Assembly (NCBI GenBank): GCA_049317985.1
Contig: JBMOHF010000001.1
Coordinates: 25,605 to 89,604, forward strand
Length of the DNA: 64,000 bases
Source of the DNA: Patescibacteria group bacterium
GTDB taxonomy: Bacteria > Patescibacteriota > Patescibacteriia > Patescibacteriales > UBA12465
Reading direction: 5' to 3'
The stretch's first letter is position 1; each line of letters opens with the position of its first letter. The notes below the pieces were generated by a model, which had not been told where the DNA came from, searched no databases, and saw nothing but the letters and a program-made list of their open reading frames with translations. Position numbers and translations under genes: made by a program. Below, in pieces: positions 35,086 through 43,179 of the stretch.

Positions 35086-35217
35086 GGATTCGAAAGCCGG
35101 ACCCGCTCTGGGCGGGGAGGCCGGGCTGGGGTGCTTGCTTTTCTATTTCTTCGCCAACTGGCAAAGAAATAGAAAAGCTTAGCAACCGGAGCAGAATCCT
35201 ACTCGGCCCACAAATAA
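35086..35217 (+). pseudogene. Scrambled tRNA-Tyr-derived, GC-rich structured segment ending in a perfect copy of the tRNA 3' end
   Basis: It starts GGATTCGAAAGCCGGA-CCCGCTCTGGGCGGGGAGG, related to the 5' end plus insertion 1 of 34824-34857. It contains a 15-bp hairpin at 35137-35178 and the sequence CAACCGGAGCAGA, which matches the D/anticodon-stem. The stretch 35194-35217 is 24/24 identical to 35018-35041. A terminator-like hairpin follows at 35220-35245. Confidence 0.55.
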
Positions 35218-35390
35218 TAATCCTGTCTTTTTGGCGGGATTTTTGTTATAATTTCTGTACTATTATTTTACTATTTTTATATTATGCAGCTAATTAATCA
35301 CGATAAAATTGGTCGTAGCTTTCTGAAGATTTTTGCGGGTGAGTTCGTTTTAATAATCATTATTCTTTTTGTTTTAATTTTGATGTAAAT

Positions 35391-36263
35391 ATGCCAGAAT
35401 TGCCAGAAGTAGAGACCGTGCGCGCTGACTTAGCGGTTCTCTTGAAAAACAAGAAGGTTCTTGGTGTTGAAATTTTATCATCAAGATCAGCCCAGCCTTC
35501 GCCCGAGTTCATCCAAAAAAGTTTAGTTGGTCGCTCTTTTTTAGGGGCGGATCGTTTGGGAAAACTTCTTATTTTCCCCCTTGATAAAAAGCTATTTTTG
35601 TTGGTTCATTTAAGAATGACCGGGCAATTAATTTATCTTGATCAGTCTGGATTACATGCCGGAGGACATTCTGATCAAAATAAGAAAGAAGATTTTTCCG
35701 CGAAAGATCTACCTAATCGGCATACAAGAATAATTCTTAATCTTTCTGGAAAATCCGTTTTGTATTTTAATGATTTAAGAAAATTTGGTTTTCTTCGCTT
35801 GGTTGATCAAACTGGTTTGGCGCAAGCCAAAAAATCATTTGGGGTTGAACCATTATCATCTGAATTTACTGCTTCTGTATTTGATAAAATGCTCCAAGGA
35901 AAAAAACAGAAAATTAAACCATTCTTATTGGACCAAAAATTTATTGCTGGTTTGGGTAATATTTATGTTGATGAATCATTGTTTGCCGCAAAAATTCGAC
36001 CAGATCGTTTAGCCGGGTCATTGTCTCACTTGGAGATACAAAAGTTGCACGATGTTATTCAAGAAATCATTAAAATGGCAATCAAGTTACGTGGGACTAC
36101 TTTTTCCAATTATCTCGATAGTCGAGGGAAAAAGGGAAATTTTTCCTCCAAACTTCAGGTTTATGGTCGCGGGGGGAAGGACTGTTTGGTTTGTGGTAGT
36201 AAAATTCGTAAGGTCCGTTTATTTGGACGGGGAACTCATTTTTGCGAAGATTGCCAGAAATAA
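35391..36263 (+). CDS. mutM: Formamidopyrimidine-DNA glycosylase
   Basis: N-terminus MPELPEVETVR and C-terminal zinc finger CLVCGSKI...HFCEDCQ. Confidence 0.9.
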   Translation: MPELPEVETVRADLAVLLKNKKVLGVEILSSRSAQPSPEFIQKSLVGRSFLGADRLGKLLIFPLDKKLFLLVHLRMTGQLIYLDQSGLHAGGHSDQNKKEDFSAKDLPNRHTRIILNLSGKSVLYFNDLRKFGFLRLVDQTGLAQAKKSFGVEPLSSEFTASVFDKMLQGKKQKIKPFLLDQKFIAGLGNIYVDESLFAAKIRPDRLAGSLSHLEIQKLHDVIQEIIKMAIKLRGTTFSNYLDSRGKKGNFSSKLQVYGRGGKDCLVCGSKIRKVRLFGRGTHFCEDCQK

Positions 36264-36366
36264 ATTTAATATTAAGAACTTTGTAACCTTAATAATATCA
36301 AATAATTTGACTTTTACTCCCCGATGTTATATTTTAATATTGTAATATTTAAAGGAAAAAACCAAT

Positions 36367-36522
36367 ATGTCCCAAGATAACATGATCAAGCTTGAGTGTA
36401 CGGAGTGTAAGACCGTTAACTATTTTTCCCACAAAAATAAGAAAACTCTCAAGGAAAGGTTAGAAATGAAAAAGTTCTGCCCAAAATGTGGCACTCACAC
36501 CATGCATAAAGAAACGAAATAG
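36367..36522 (+). CDS. rpmG: 50S ribosomal protein L33 (51 aa), absent from ORF track
   Basis: Hand translation gives [51 protein letters not shown]. This matches the L33 pattern (CxxC...CPKCxxHTxHKExK). Confidence 0.85.
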   Translation: MSQDNMIKLECTECKTVNYFSHKNKKTLKERLEMKKFCPKCGTHTMHKETK

Positions 36523-36535
36523 TCGTTTGTTCTAG

Positions 36536-36563
36536 ACCCGCCCGTACGGCGGGTTTGGTTTTG
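36536..36563 (+). terminator. Rho-independent terminator after rpmG
   Basis: Stem ACCCGCC/GGCGGGT followed by TTGGTTTT. Confidence 0.7.
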
Positions 36564-36599
36564 TCTAAAACTTAAAACTTAAAATTAGCTAAAATCCCC

Positions 36600-37718
36600 A
36601 TGCCAAAAAATTTTGCTAAACCATTCTTAGTCTCTTTAGTTCTTTTAACTATTGTGGCTTGTTATTTTGTTTTTAGGCCGTTTTTAATTGAGATTGTCAT
36701 TGCAGCAATTCTTTCAACAATATTTTATCGCCCCTATGTAAAATTGGCGAAGTTTTTGGGTAACAAAAAGAATCTAGCTGCTCTTTTGATGTGCCTTCTG
36801 TTAGTGGCGATAATTATTTTGCCCACAGTTAAAGGGCTTATTTATGCCGGAAATAAATCAGTCGATGCTTATGCAGATGCAGTAAGTTATTTTTCTAATC
36901 ACAACGCTTCAGATTTACTTCAAACTCCACTAGCGCAAAGGCTTCAGCTTAGCAATCTTAATCTGGTAAATTTTAGCAAAGGAACCTTTGGAAATGTTCT
37001 CTTGGGTTTCTTTGAAAAATCTAGTAATTGGCTGATTTCTGGCGCAACTTCCACTTTAATCCAGACCACCAATTTTATTGCCTCGCTCTTCATAATTATT
37101 ATCACCATGTTTTTCTTCTTTGTTGATGGTAAAAAAATGCTAGAGAGTCTTATGCATCTATCTCCCTTACCAGATAAATATGATCGAGAAATATTTCAGA
37201 AATTTAAAGAGGTAAGCTACACCACGATGGTTTCCACTTTTGTGGTGGCGATTGCTCAAGGGATAGTGGGGGCAATTGGTTTTGCTGTCGTTGGTTTTCC
37301 GGCTTTTTTGGCGGGGGTATTAGTAGCTCTTTTATCGCTCTTGCCTTATCTTGGTTCAATGATTTTTTATATTCCCGTCGGACTGTACTATTTGTTGATG
37401 GGAGAAATTTGGCAAGGAGTCTTTGTTCTCGCTTGGGGATTTTTAATAATTGGTACTATCGATAATGTCATTAGAGCTTGGATGCTCAAGGATAAGGCTC
37501 AGATTAATCCTATCTTTGTGGTCTTTTCCGTGTTAGGAGGTATTATTTTATTCGGTTTTTGGGGAGTTGTTCTAGGCCCCCTAATTGTTTCGATTGCGGC
37601 AACTATTTTACATATTTATGCATTAGAGTTTTGCGAGGAGTATGACGCCTCAGAAGACAGCCTTGGCACACTACTGGATGGGAAGAAGGGAATCAAAAAA
37701 CACAAACATAATAATTAA
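36600..37718 (+). CDS. AI-2E (PerM/UPF0118) family transporter
   Basis: 372 aa with about 8 helices and a family-typical layout (…LSLLPYLGSMIFYIPVGLY…, GPLIVSIA). Confidence 0.75.
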   Translation: MPKNFAKPFLVSLVLLTIVACYFVFRPFLIEIVIAAILSTIFYRPYVKLAKFLGNKKNLAALLMCLLLVAIIILPTVKGLIYAGNKSVDAYADAVSYFSNHNASDLLQTPLAQRLQLSNLNLVNFSKGTFGNVLLGFFEKSSNWLISGATSTLIQTTNFIASLFIIIITMFFFFVDGKKMLESLMHLSPLPDKYDREIFQKFKEVSYTTMVSTFVVAIAQGIVGAIGFAVVGFPAFLAGVLVALLSLLPYLGSMIFYIPVGLYYLLMGEIWQGVFVLAWGFLIIGTIDNVIRAWMLKDKAQINPIFVVFSVLGGIILFGFWGVVLGPLIVSIAATILHIYALEFCEEYDASEDSLGTLLDGKKGIKKHKHNN

Positions 37719-37729
37719 TACTCATACTT

Positions 37730-38260
37730 ATGTTAGGAGAAAAAACTAAAAAAAATTTAGAAGCGGCCTTTGCTGGCGAATCAATGGCGAGAAATAAATA
37801 TGATTATTTCGCGAGCATTGCTTTGAAAGCCGGTTATGTCCAGATTGCTAATATTTTTGAAGAAAGTGCTCGCAATGAAAAAGAACACGCCAAGCTTTGG
37901 GCTAAACAACTAGATATTATTAGCGAAGACGTCGTCTCCAATCTTAAAAAGGCAATTGAGGGGGAATTGTTTGAAACTAATGAAATGTATCCAAAAATGG
38001 CTGAAGAAGCAGCCGCAGAAGGGCACAACGACATTGCAAAGTTATTTAAGGGGGTTGCTTTAGCCGAAAGAGCGCATGCTACTCGTTACCAAAAATTATT
38101 AGAAAACTTGGAAAAGGGCGAAGTCTTTAAAAAACCAACGCCAGTCCGTTGGAAATGTAATAATTGTGGATATATTCATGAGAGCAATGAAGCCCCAATG
38201 ATTTGTCCTTCTTGTTTACATCCTCAGGCTCATTTTGAAATTTTTATCGAAACCTATTAA
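37730..38260 (+). CDS. rbr: Rubrerythrin
   Basis: Diiron ferritin-like N-domain (NLEAAFAGESMARNKY, EKEHAKLW, ERAHATRY) and a C-terminal rubredoxin-like CNNCGY...CPSC. Confidence 0.88.
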   Translation: MLGEKTKKNLEAAFAGESMARNKYDYFASIALKAGYVQIANIFEESARNEKEHAKLWAKQLDIISEDVVSNLKKAIEGELFETNEMYPKMAEEAAAEGHNDIAKLFKGVALAERAHATRYQKLLENLEKGEVFKKPTPVRWKCNNCGYIHESNEAPMICPSCLHPQAHFEIFIETY

Positions 38261-38271
38261 ATTAAAATATT

Positions 38272-38412
38272 ATGAGTAATCGAATAAATAAAACCTATTT
38301 TTGTCGTCATTGCGGTAATGAAGTCTCCTTCGTTAAAGATGGTGGTGGAAAGTTAATTTGTTGCGGTGAAGAGATGATGGTCAAAAAAGAAGGTTTTAAC
38401 GGGGAAGAATAG
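38272..38412 (+). CDS. Desulforedoxin-like mini-protein (46 aa), absent from ORF track
   Basis: Hand translation gives MSNRINKTYFCRHCGNEVSFVKDGGGKLICCGEEMMVKKEGFNGEE. This matches the CxxCGN...GGGxLxCCGExM pattern of desulforedoxin and the Dfx N-domain. Confidence 0.7.
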   Translation: MSNRINKTYFCRHCGNEVSFVKDGGGKLICCGEEMMVKKEGFNGEE

Positions 38413-38440
38413 GAAAATATCCAAAAAAGGATTTTTTGAA

Positions 38441-38468
38441 AAAGAAGCACAAATTTGTGCTTCTTTTC
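38441..38468 (+). terminator. Rho-independent terminator
   Basis: Stem GAAGCACA/TGTGCTTC followed by TTTTC. Confidence 0.7.
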
Positions 38469-38494
38469 TAATTTTAGCAAAATTATGTCAGCTA

Positions 38495-38523
38495 TTGACA
38501 AGTTTCTGTATTTATTATACAAT
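38495..38523 (+). promoter_or_regulatory. Sigma70-type promoter for 38547-38828
   Basis: TTGACA-17 nt-TACAAT. Confidence 0.55.
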
Positions 38524-38546
38524 ATAATAACAAAAACCAGAAAGCC

Positions 38547-38828
38547 ATGAAAGAAAACTCCAAAACTGATGAATCCCCAAATAGGGGAAACAAAAGAACT
38601 GAAGCAATTATTTCCTGGGACTTCCTGGGAAATATAATCTCAGTGCAAAACTGGGAAGAAGAAAAAAAAATAAATTACCACGGAGTAGTTTTAAGAGGTC
38701 CAAAAGACCGAATAAAGCTTCGAGGTAATCTCAAGGAGCTCATCAAACGAGCGACTATGGAATGGGAGGAATTAACTCCCGCACAAAAGAAAAGAAATTC
38801 GATGAAAATTCTTTTGTGCAAAAACTAA
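38547..38828 (+). CDS. Hypothetical protein (93 aa)
   Basis: ORF bracketed by a good promoter and a terminator hairpin (CTCTAATC/GATTAGAG). No family recognised. Confidence 0.5.
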   Translation: MKENSKTDESPNRGNKRTEAIISWDFLGNIISVQNWEEEKKINYHGVVLRGPKDRIKLRGNLKELIKRATMEWEELTPAQKKRNSMKILLCKN

Positions 38829-38875
38829 CGGGTCTCTAATCTCTCAATTGCGATTAGAGGCTTTTTTATTTGCCC

Positions 38876-38904
38876 TTGAATATTTTTATTGGAGATAGTA
38901 AGAT
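38876..38904 (+). promoter_or_regulatory. Candidate promoter for tRNA-Trp
   Basis: TTGAAT-17 nt-TAAGAT, about 27 nt upstream of the tRNA. Confidence 0.4.
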
Positions 38905-38930
38905 GTTTTATACAAGAGAAGCAACAATTT

Positions 38931-39001
38931 GCGGGCGTAGTATAGTGGTAGTACAAAGGTCTCCAAAACCTTTGGTGTGGGTTCGATTCCTACCGCCCGC
39001 G
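38931..39001 (+). tRNA. tRNA-Trp (anticodon CCA)
   Basis: Acceptor GCGGGCG/CGCCCGC, anticodon arm AAGGT-CTCCAAA-ACCTT, T arm GTGGG-TTCGATT-CCTAC. A terminator hairpin follows. Confidence 0.9.
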
Positions 39002-39150
39002 CATTATTAGATAAAAGGAACAGAGTAAATTCTGTTTTTTTGTTATCAAATCGACAATAATTATTGACAGCTATTATTCAAAAAATCTATAATTATCATC
39101 TAAAAAATGGTATAATAATATAGAATAATAATTAAAATAAACATTTATTT

Positions 39151-39444
39151 ATGTCAGAACGTTTTCAGTTACTTGCTCTTTTGTGTGGATTTTTTGTAAT
39201 CAATTTTTTGGCATTCATTTTAATGCTTATTGATAAAATAAAGTCAGTAAAATCAAGATCTGAGAGAATTTCTGAGGGAATGTTATTTTTCTTAGCGACC
39301 GCGTTTGGTAGTTTAGGGGTGTATGCTGGGATGTTTTTATTTCGCCACAAGACTCACAAATGGTATTTTTTAATTGGTATTCCCTTGTTAATAATTCAGA
39401 ACGCAGTAACAGTATATTTGTTTTATCTCTTGTTTGTTAAATAA
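39151..39444 (+). CDS. DUF1294 membrane protein
   Basis: Pattern IDKIKSVKSRSERISEGMLF...GSLGVYAGMFLFRHKTHKWYF is typical of DUF1294. Confidence 0.7.
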   Translation: MSERFQLLALLCGFFVINFLAFILMLIDKIKSVKSRSERISEGMLFFLATAFGSLGVYAGMFLFRHKTHKWYFLIGIPLLIIQNAVTVYLFYLLFVK

Positions 39445-39580
39445 AAAAAATGTTTCTGCTTGGCATTATTTTTTCGGATATATTTATTATAAAGCCCGAA
39501 ATCTGTTAAATGTCAACATTATTACTGTTTCATTGAATAATTATGGGCATTATAGTATATTGAATTGGTAATATTTCTTT

Positions 39581-42019
39581 ATGGAAAACAAAAACGGTCA
39601 TTATGACCCACAGACAATAGAAAAAAAATGGCAAACTAATTGGGCTAATTCTGGTTTGTATGAATTCGATAACTCAGAGGATAAAGAGAAATTCTATGTT
39701 TTGGATATGTTTCCCTATATCTCTGGCTCCGGTCTTCACGTTGGTCATCCAAAAGGCTATATTGCCACAGATATCGTCGCGAGACAAAAGATGCTCCAAG
39801 GTTTTTCCGTTCTTCATCCAATGGGTTGGGATGCTTTTGGGTTACCGGCTGAGAATTATGCCATTAAAAACAAAATTAATCCGAATATTTTTGTGAGTGA
39901 ACACATCAAACGTTTCAAAAAACAATTAGAAATGTTTGGTTTTACTTATGACTGGGATAAAGAGATAAACACAATTGATCCTGATTATTATCGCTGGACG
40001 CAGTGGATTTTTCTTAAAATGTTTGAAAAAGGTTTAGCCTATGAGTCCGACGAGCCAGTTAATTGGTGTCCGGGGTGCAAAACCGTTCTCGCGAACGAGG
40101 ACTTGGAGGCAGGAAAATGTGAGCGTTGTGGTTCTGAAGTAATTCAAAGAAAGTTGCGACAGTGGGTTTTACGGATGACCGATTACGCGGATCGCTTGCT
40201 TTATGATTTAGATACTGAAGATTTAGAATGGGAAGATTTTATTAAGGAACAACAGCGGAATTGGATCGGTCGGAGCGAAGGGGCAGAATTCAAGCTGTCA
40301 CTTGAAAATATTGATGAGGATCTAAAAGTCTATACTACTAGGCTCGACACGGTTTTTGGGGTGACATATGTCGTGGTGGCCCCGGAGCATCCACTAATTG
40401 AAAAACTAAAAATTAAAATTGAAAATTACGAGGAAGTTTTTGAATATGTTGAACGTGCAAAAAATAAGACTGAGTTGGAAAGAACTGATTTGCAAAAAGA
40501 TAAAAAAGGCCTTGAGCTAAAAAACATCAAGGCAATCAACCCATTTACCCAGGAAGTAATTCCGGTTTTTGTAGCGGATTATGTTTTAGGTTTCTATGGA
40601 ACTGGCGCTGTTATGGCTGTCCCAGCCCACGATGAAAGAGATTTTGAATTTGCAAAAAAATACAATTTACCGATTAAAAAAGTTATTCAGGGGATAGAAG
40701 ATGAAGACGGTGAGGGTGAAATAGTTACGACTAACGACGGTGTTTTAATTGACTCTGGGGAATATTCTGGGCTGCGATCAGTTTTAGCGAGAGAAAGAAT
40801 GGTTAAGTGGTTATCAGAAAATGGGATCGGTCAAAAAAAGGTTAATTACAAAATGAGAGATTGGGTATTTTCTCGTCAAAGATATTGGGGTGAGCCAATT
40901 CCGATTATTCATTGTAAGGCTTGTGGCACGGTTGGCGTTCCCGAAAATGAGTTGCCGCTTAAACTCCCTGTTGTGGAAAACTACGAGCCGTCAGGTACTG
41001 GAGAATCACCGCTCGCCAACATCTCTGAATGGGTTAATACAAAATGTCCAAAGTGTGGTGGCCCAGCAAAGAGAGAAACGAATACGATGCCTCAGTGGGC
41101 AGGATCAAGTTGGTATTATCTAAGATATATTGATCCCAAAAATCAAGAAAAATTAATTGATCCGGAACTGGAAAAGCGCTGGATGCCCGTTGATTTGTAT
41201 GTTGGAGGAGCTGAGCATGCAACTAGACATCTTTTGTATGCACGTTTTTGGCATAAATTTTTATTTGATCTTGGGGTCGTTACAACAAAAGAGCCATTCA
41301 AGAGGTTAGTTCATGTCGGTTTGATATTGGCGGAAGATGGCCGAAAAATGAGTAAACGCTGGGGAAATGTCGTTAATCCTGAGGATATCATAAACAATTT
41401 TGGAGTTGATGCTCTGCGAGTTTATGAGATGTTTATGGGTCCATTTTCACAAAGCATTGCTTGGAACACAAAAGGAGTTGTTGGTACAAAAAGATTTTTG
41501 GATAAAATTTGGAAATTGCAATTCAAAATCACCGAAGCCGCGCAAAAAAATCAAAAAATTGATCGACTTATCAGCAAGACCATCAAGAAGGTTGCCGATG
41601 ATATTGATAACTTTAAATTTAATACCGCAATTAGCGCGTTAATGATTTTGGTTAACGATTTAGAGCGAGAAGAGAAAATAGAGATAGATAATTATCAAAA
41701 GCTACTCACTATTTTTTCGCCGTTTGCGCCTCATTTGTGTGAAGAAATTTGGGCTATTATCGGGAATAAACAGTCAATCTTTTTGCAAGAATGGCCTAGT
41801 TTTGATGAAGAGTTATTAAATTTTGATGACCAGGAAATGACTCTCGTTATTCAAATTAATGGTAAAATTCGGGATGAAATTTCTGTTTCTTCAGAAATTA
41901 GTCAAGAAATGATTGAAAAAATATCAATAGAACGAGAAAAGATTTCAGCCTTAATAAATAATCAAAAGGTAAAGAGAATTATTTATGTTCCAAAGAAATT
42001 AATTAATATTGTTATTTAG
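39581..42019 (+). CDS. leuS: Leucyl-tRNA synthetase
   Basis: Motifs HVGHPKGY (HIGH-like), KMSKRWGN (KMSKS) and the CP1 editing domain. 812 aa. Confidence 0.95.
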   Translation: MENKNGHYDPQTIEKKWQTNWANSGLYEFDNSEDKEKFYVLDMFPYISGSGLHVGHPKGYIATDIVARQKMLQGFSVLHPMGWDAFGLPAENYAIKNKINPNIFVSEHIKRFKKQLEMFGFTYDWDKEINTIDPDYYRWTQWIFLKMFEKGLAYESDEPVNWCPGCKTVLANEDLEAGKCERCGSEVIQRKLRQWVLRMTDYADRLLYDLDTEDLEWEDFIKEQQRNWIGRSEGAEFKLSLENIDEDLKVYTTRLDTVFGVTYVVVAPEHPLIEKLKIKIENYEEVFEYVERAKNKTELERTDLQKDKKGLELKNIKAINPFTQEVIPVFVADYVLGFYGTGAVMAVPAHDERDFEFAKKYNLPIKKVIQGIEDEDGEGEIVTTNDGVLIDSGEYSGLRSVLARERMVKWLSENGIGQKKVNYKMRDWVFSRQRYWGEPIPIIHCKACGTVGVPENELPLKLPVVENYEPSGTGESPLANISEWVNTKCPKCGGPAKRETNTMPQWAGSSWYYLRYIDPKNQEKLIDPELEKRWMPVDLYVGGAEHATRHLLYARFWHKFLFDLGVVTTKEPFKRLVHVGLILAEDGRKMSKRWGNVVNPEDIINNFGVDALRVYEMFMGPFSQSIAWNTKGVVGTKRFLDKIWKLQFKITEAAQKNQKIDRLISKTIKKVADDIDNFKFNTAISALMILVNDLEREEKIEIDNYQKLLTIFSPFAPHLCEEIWAIIGNKQSIFLQEWPSFDEELLNFDDQEMTLVIQINGKIRDEISVSSEISQEMIEKISIEREKISALINNQKVKRIIYVPKKLINIVI

Positions 42020-42039
42020 AATCAAAAAACTCAATTTTA

Positions 42040-42071
42040 AAAAAGACTTTCAATTTCTGAAAGTCTTTTTT
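42040..42071. terminator. Bidirectional rho-independent terminator
   Basis: Stem AGACTTTCA/TGAAAGTCT flanked by an A-run and a T-run. Confidence 0.8.
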
Positions 42072-42084
42072 GAAACAGAGAATT

Positions 42085-42894
42085 TTAAAACACATCGAGG
42101 AGTATTATCAGCAGATAAGTTAATATTAAGGAAGTGAAAATTATCGATCCGCCGAACAATTTCTCCTCAGCATATCGGCTTTCCTTAAAAAATTCTGATA
42201 TAAAAGGATAACGCCTATTTAGTTTTTTAAACCATTGGTAGGAACTTACTGCTTCAGTGAATTTGACACTATTAATCCTGAAGCTATCAATAACATTTTG
42301 TCCATGTTTTTTTGTGAGCCAATAAATCAAAACAGTGATTAGAGTAATAATTAAAATGATACTCAAGCGCCCAGACCATTTTTTAAAAATTAAACCAATT
42401 AAAGTCCCGGAAAAATAACCTAGAAAAACATTGAGAATTGCCCAAGCGATTGCACTTATGATATTCCAGAAAATAAATGGTCGTTGCTCCATTTTTGCTA
42501 AACCGGCAATAAATGGGATAACCGCTCTTACTGGTCCAAAAAAACGACCAAAGAAAACGCTTTTATTCCCATATTCTGCAAAAAAATCTTCTCCATGTTT
42601 AAGAAGTTTTTGATTTATTATTTTTTTATTTTTAATCCAGTTACCACCCCAAAGTCCGAGAAAATAACTAAAAAGATCACCAAAAATTGCTCCTACTGTG
42701 GCAAATATTATAATATCCCAGGCATTCAAAAGCCCCTGAGCCGCTAAAAAACCGCCAACAGAAATAAGAGTAGCACCAGGAATAAAAAGTCCAACAAAGG
42801 GCGCAGATTCAGTAAAGGCTAAAATAAAAAATAGCCAGTTGCCAAGCCAGGAAAATTTTGTTAGAAGGTCAAATAATAAGTTTAAATCAGGCAT
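42085..42894 (-). CDS. DedA-family membrane protein with extra C-terminal helices
   Basis: Motifs FTESAPFVGLFIPG and GRFFGPVRAVIPFIAG. The ATG at 42894 (MPDLNLL) is preferred to the listed start. Confidence 0.75.
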   Translation of the reverse strand: MPDLNLLFDLLTKFSWLGNWLFFILAFTESAPFVGLFIPGATLISVGGFLAAQGLLNAWDIIIFATVGAIFGDLFSYFLGLWGGNWIKNKKIINQKLLKHGEDFFAEYGNKSVFFGRFFGPVRAVIPFIAGLAKMEQRPFIFWNIISAIAWAILNVFLGYFSGTLIGLIFKKWSGRLSIILIITLITVLIYWLTKKHGQNVIDSFRINSVKFTEAVSSYQWFKKLNRRYPFISEFFKESRYAEEKLFGGSIIFTSLILTYLLIILLDVF

Positions 42895-43179
42895 AGAAAA
42901 ATGAAAATTATGCAGATAGCATTTGCTAAGGTGATTATACCACAAAACATGTGCTATTAGGTGACACTCTTTTTATTGGTAAATTTGCGGTAGTATTAGA
43001 AAAGTATTTTTAATCAATCAAGCAATTATTTAGATTCATTATTGTGACCAGTTTATCAAAAGAGTGCCCTTGTCTTTCTGGTTTCTTTGTGTTTAAATAT
43101 AGTGTCCTCGCCCTCAATTTATTACTTGGTCGAGAAACCTGGCTCCGGGAAGGGCAGATTCTTTAAAAAATTTAACAAA

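Noticed and set aside
35086-35217. Possibility that the GC-rich block is a tmRNA, SRP RNA or one half of a Nanoarchaeum-style split tRNA
   Set aside because: It is far too short for a tmRNA, with no tag ORF and no intact T arm (GGAGC does not pair with CCTAC). No SRP domain-IV motif is present. An intact tRNA-Tyr sits between the fragments, so a split gene is unnecessary. It is kept only as 'tRNA-derived structured segment'.
35000-35297. Track ORFs 35000-35185 (-) and 35082-35297 (+) across the tRNA-Tyr region
   Set aside because: They run through a tRNA gene, its terminator and tRNA-derived GC-rich hairpins. They have no RBS and a low-complexity translation, so the region is better explained as non-coding RNA or repeat sequence.
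38307-38522. 71-aa ORF on the minus strand
   Set aside because: It is antisense to the desulforedoxin-like gene and runs through that gene's terminator. The plus-strand peptide has a clear family signature.
39445-39580. T-box or other leader upstream of leuS
   Set aside because: No specifier hairpin, T-box sequence or terminator/antiterminator pair was found. The region is plain AT-rich promoter sequence.
42964-43071. GACACTC...GAGTGCC inverted repeat resembling CIRCE half-sites
   Set aside because: The arms are about 85 nt apart rather than 9 nt and lack the TTAGCACTC/GAGTGCTAA ends, so it is not a CIRCE operator. It is mentioned only as possible leader structure.
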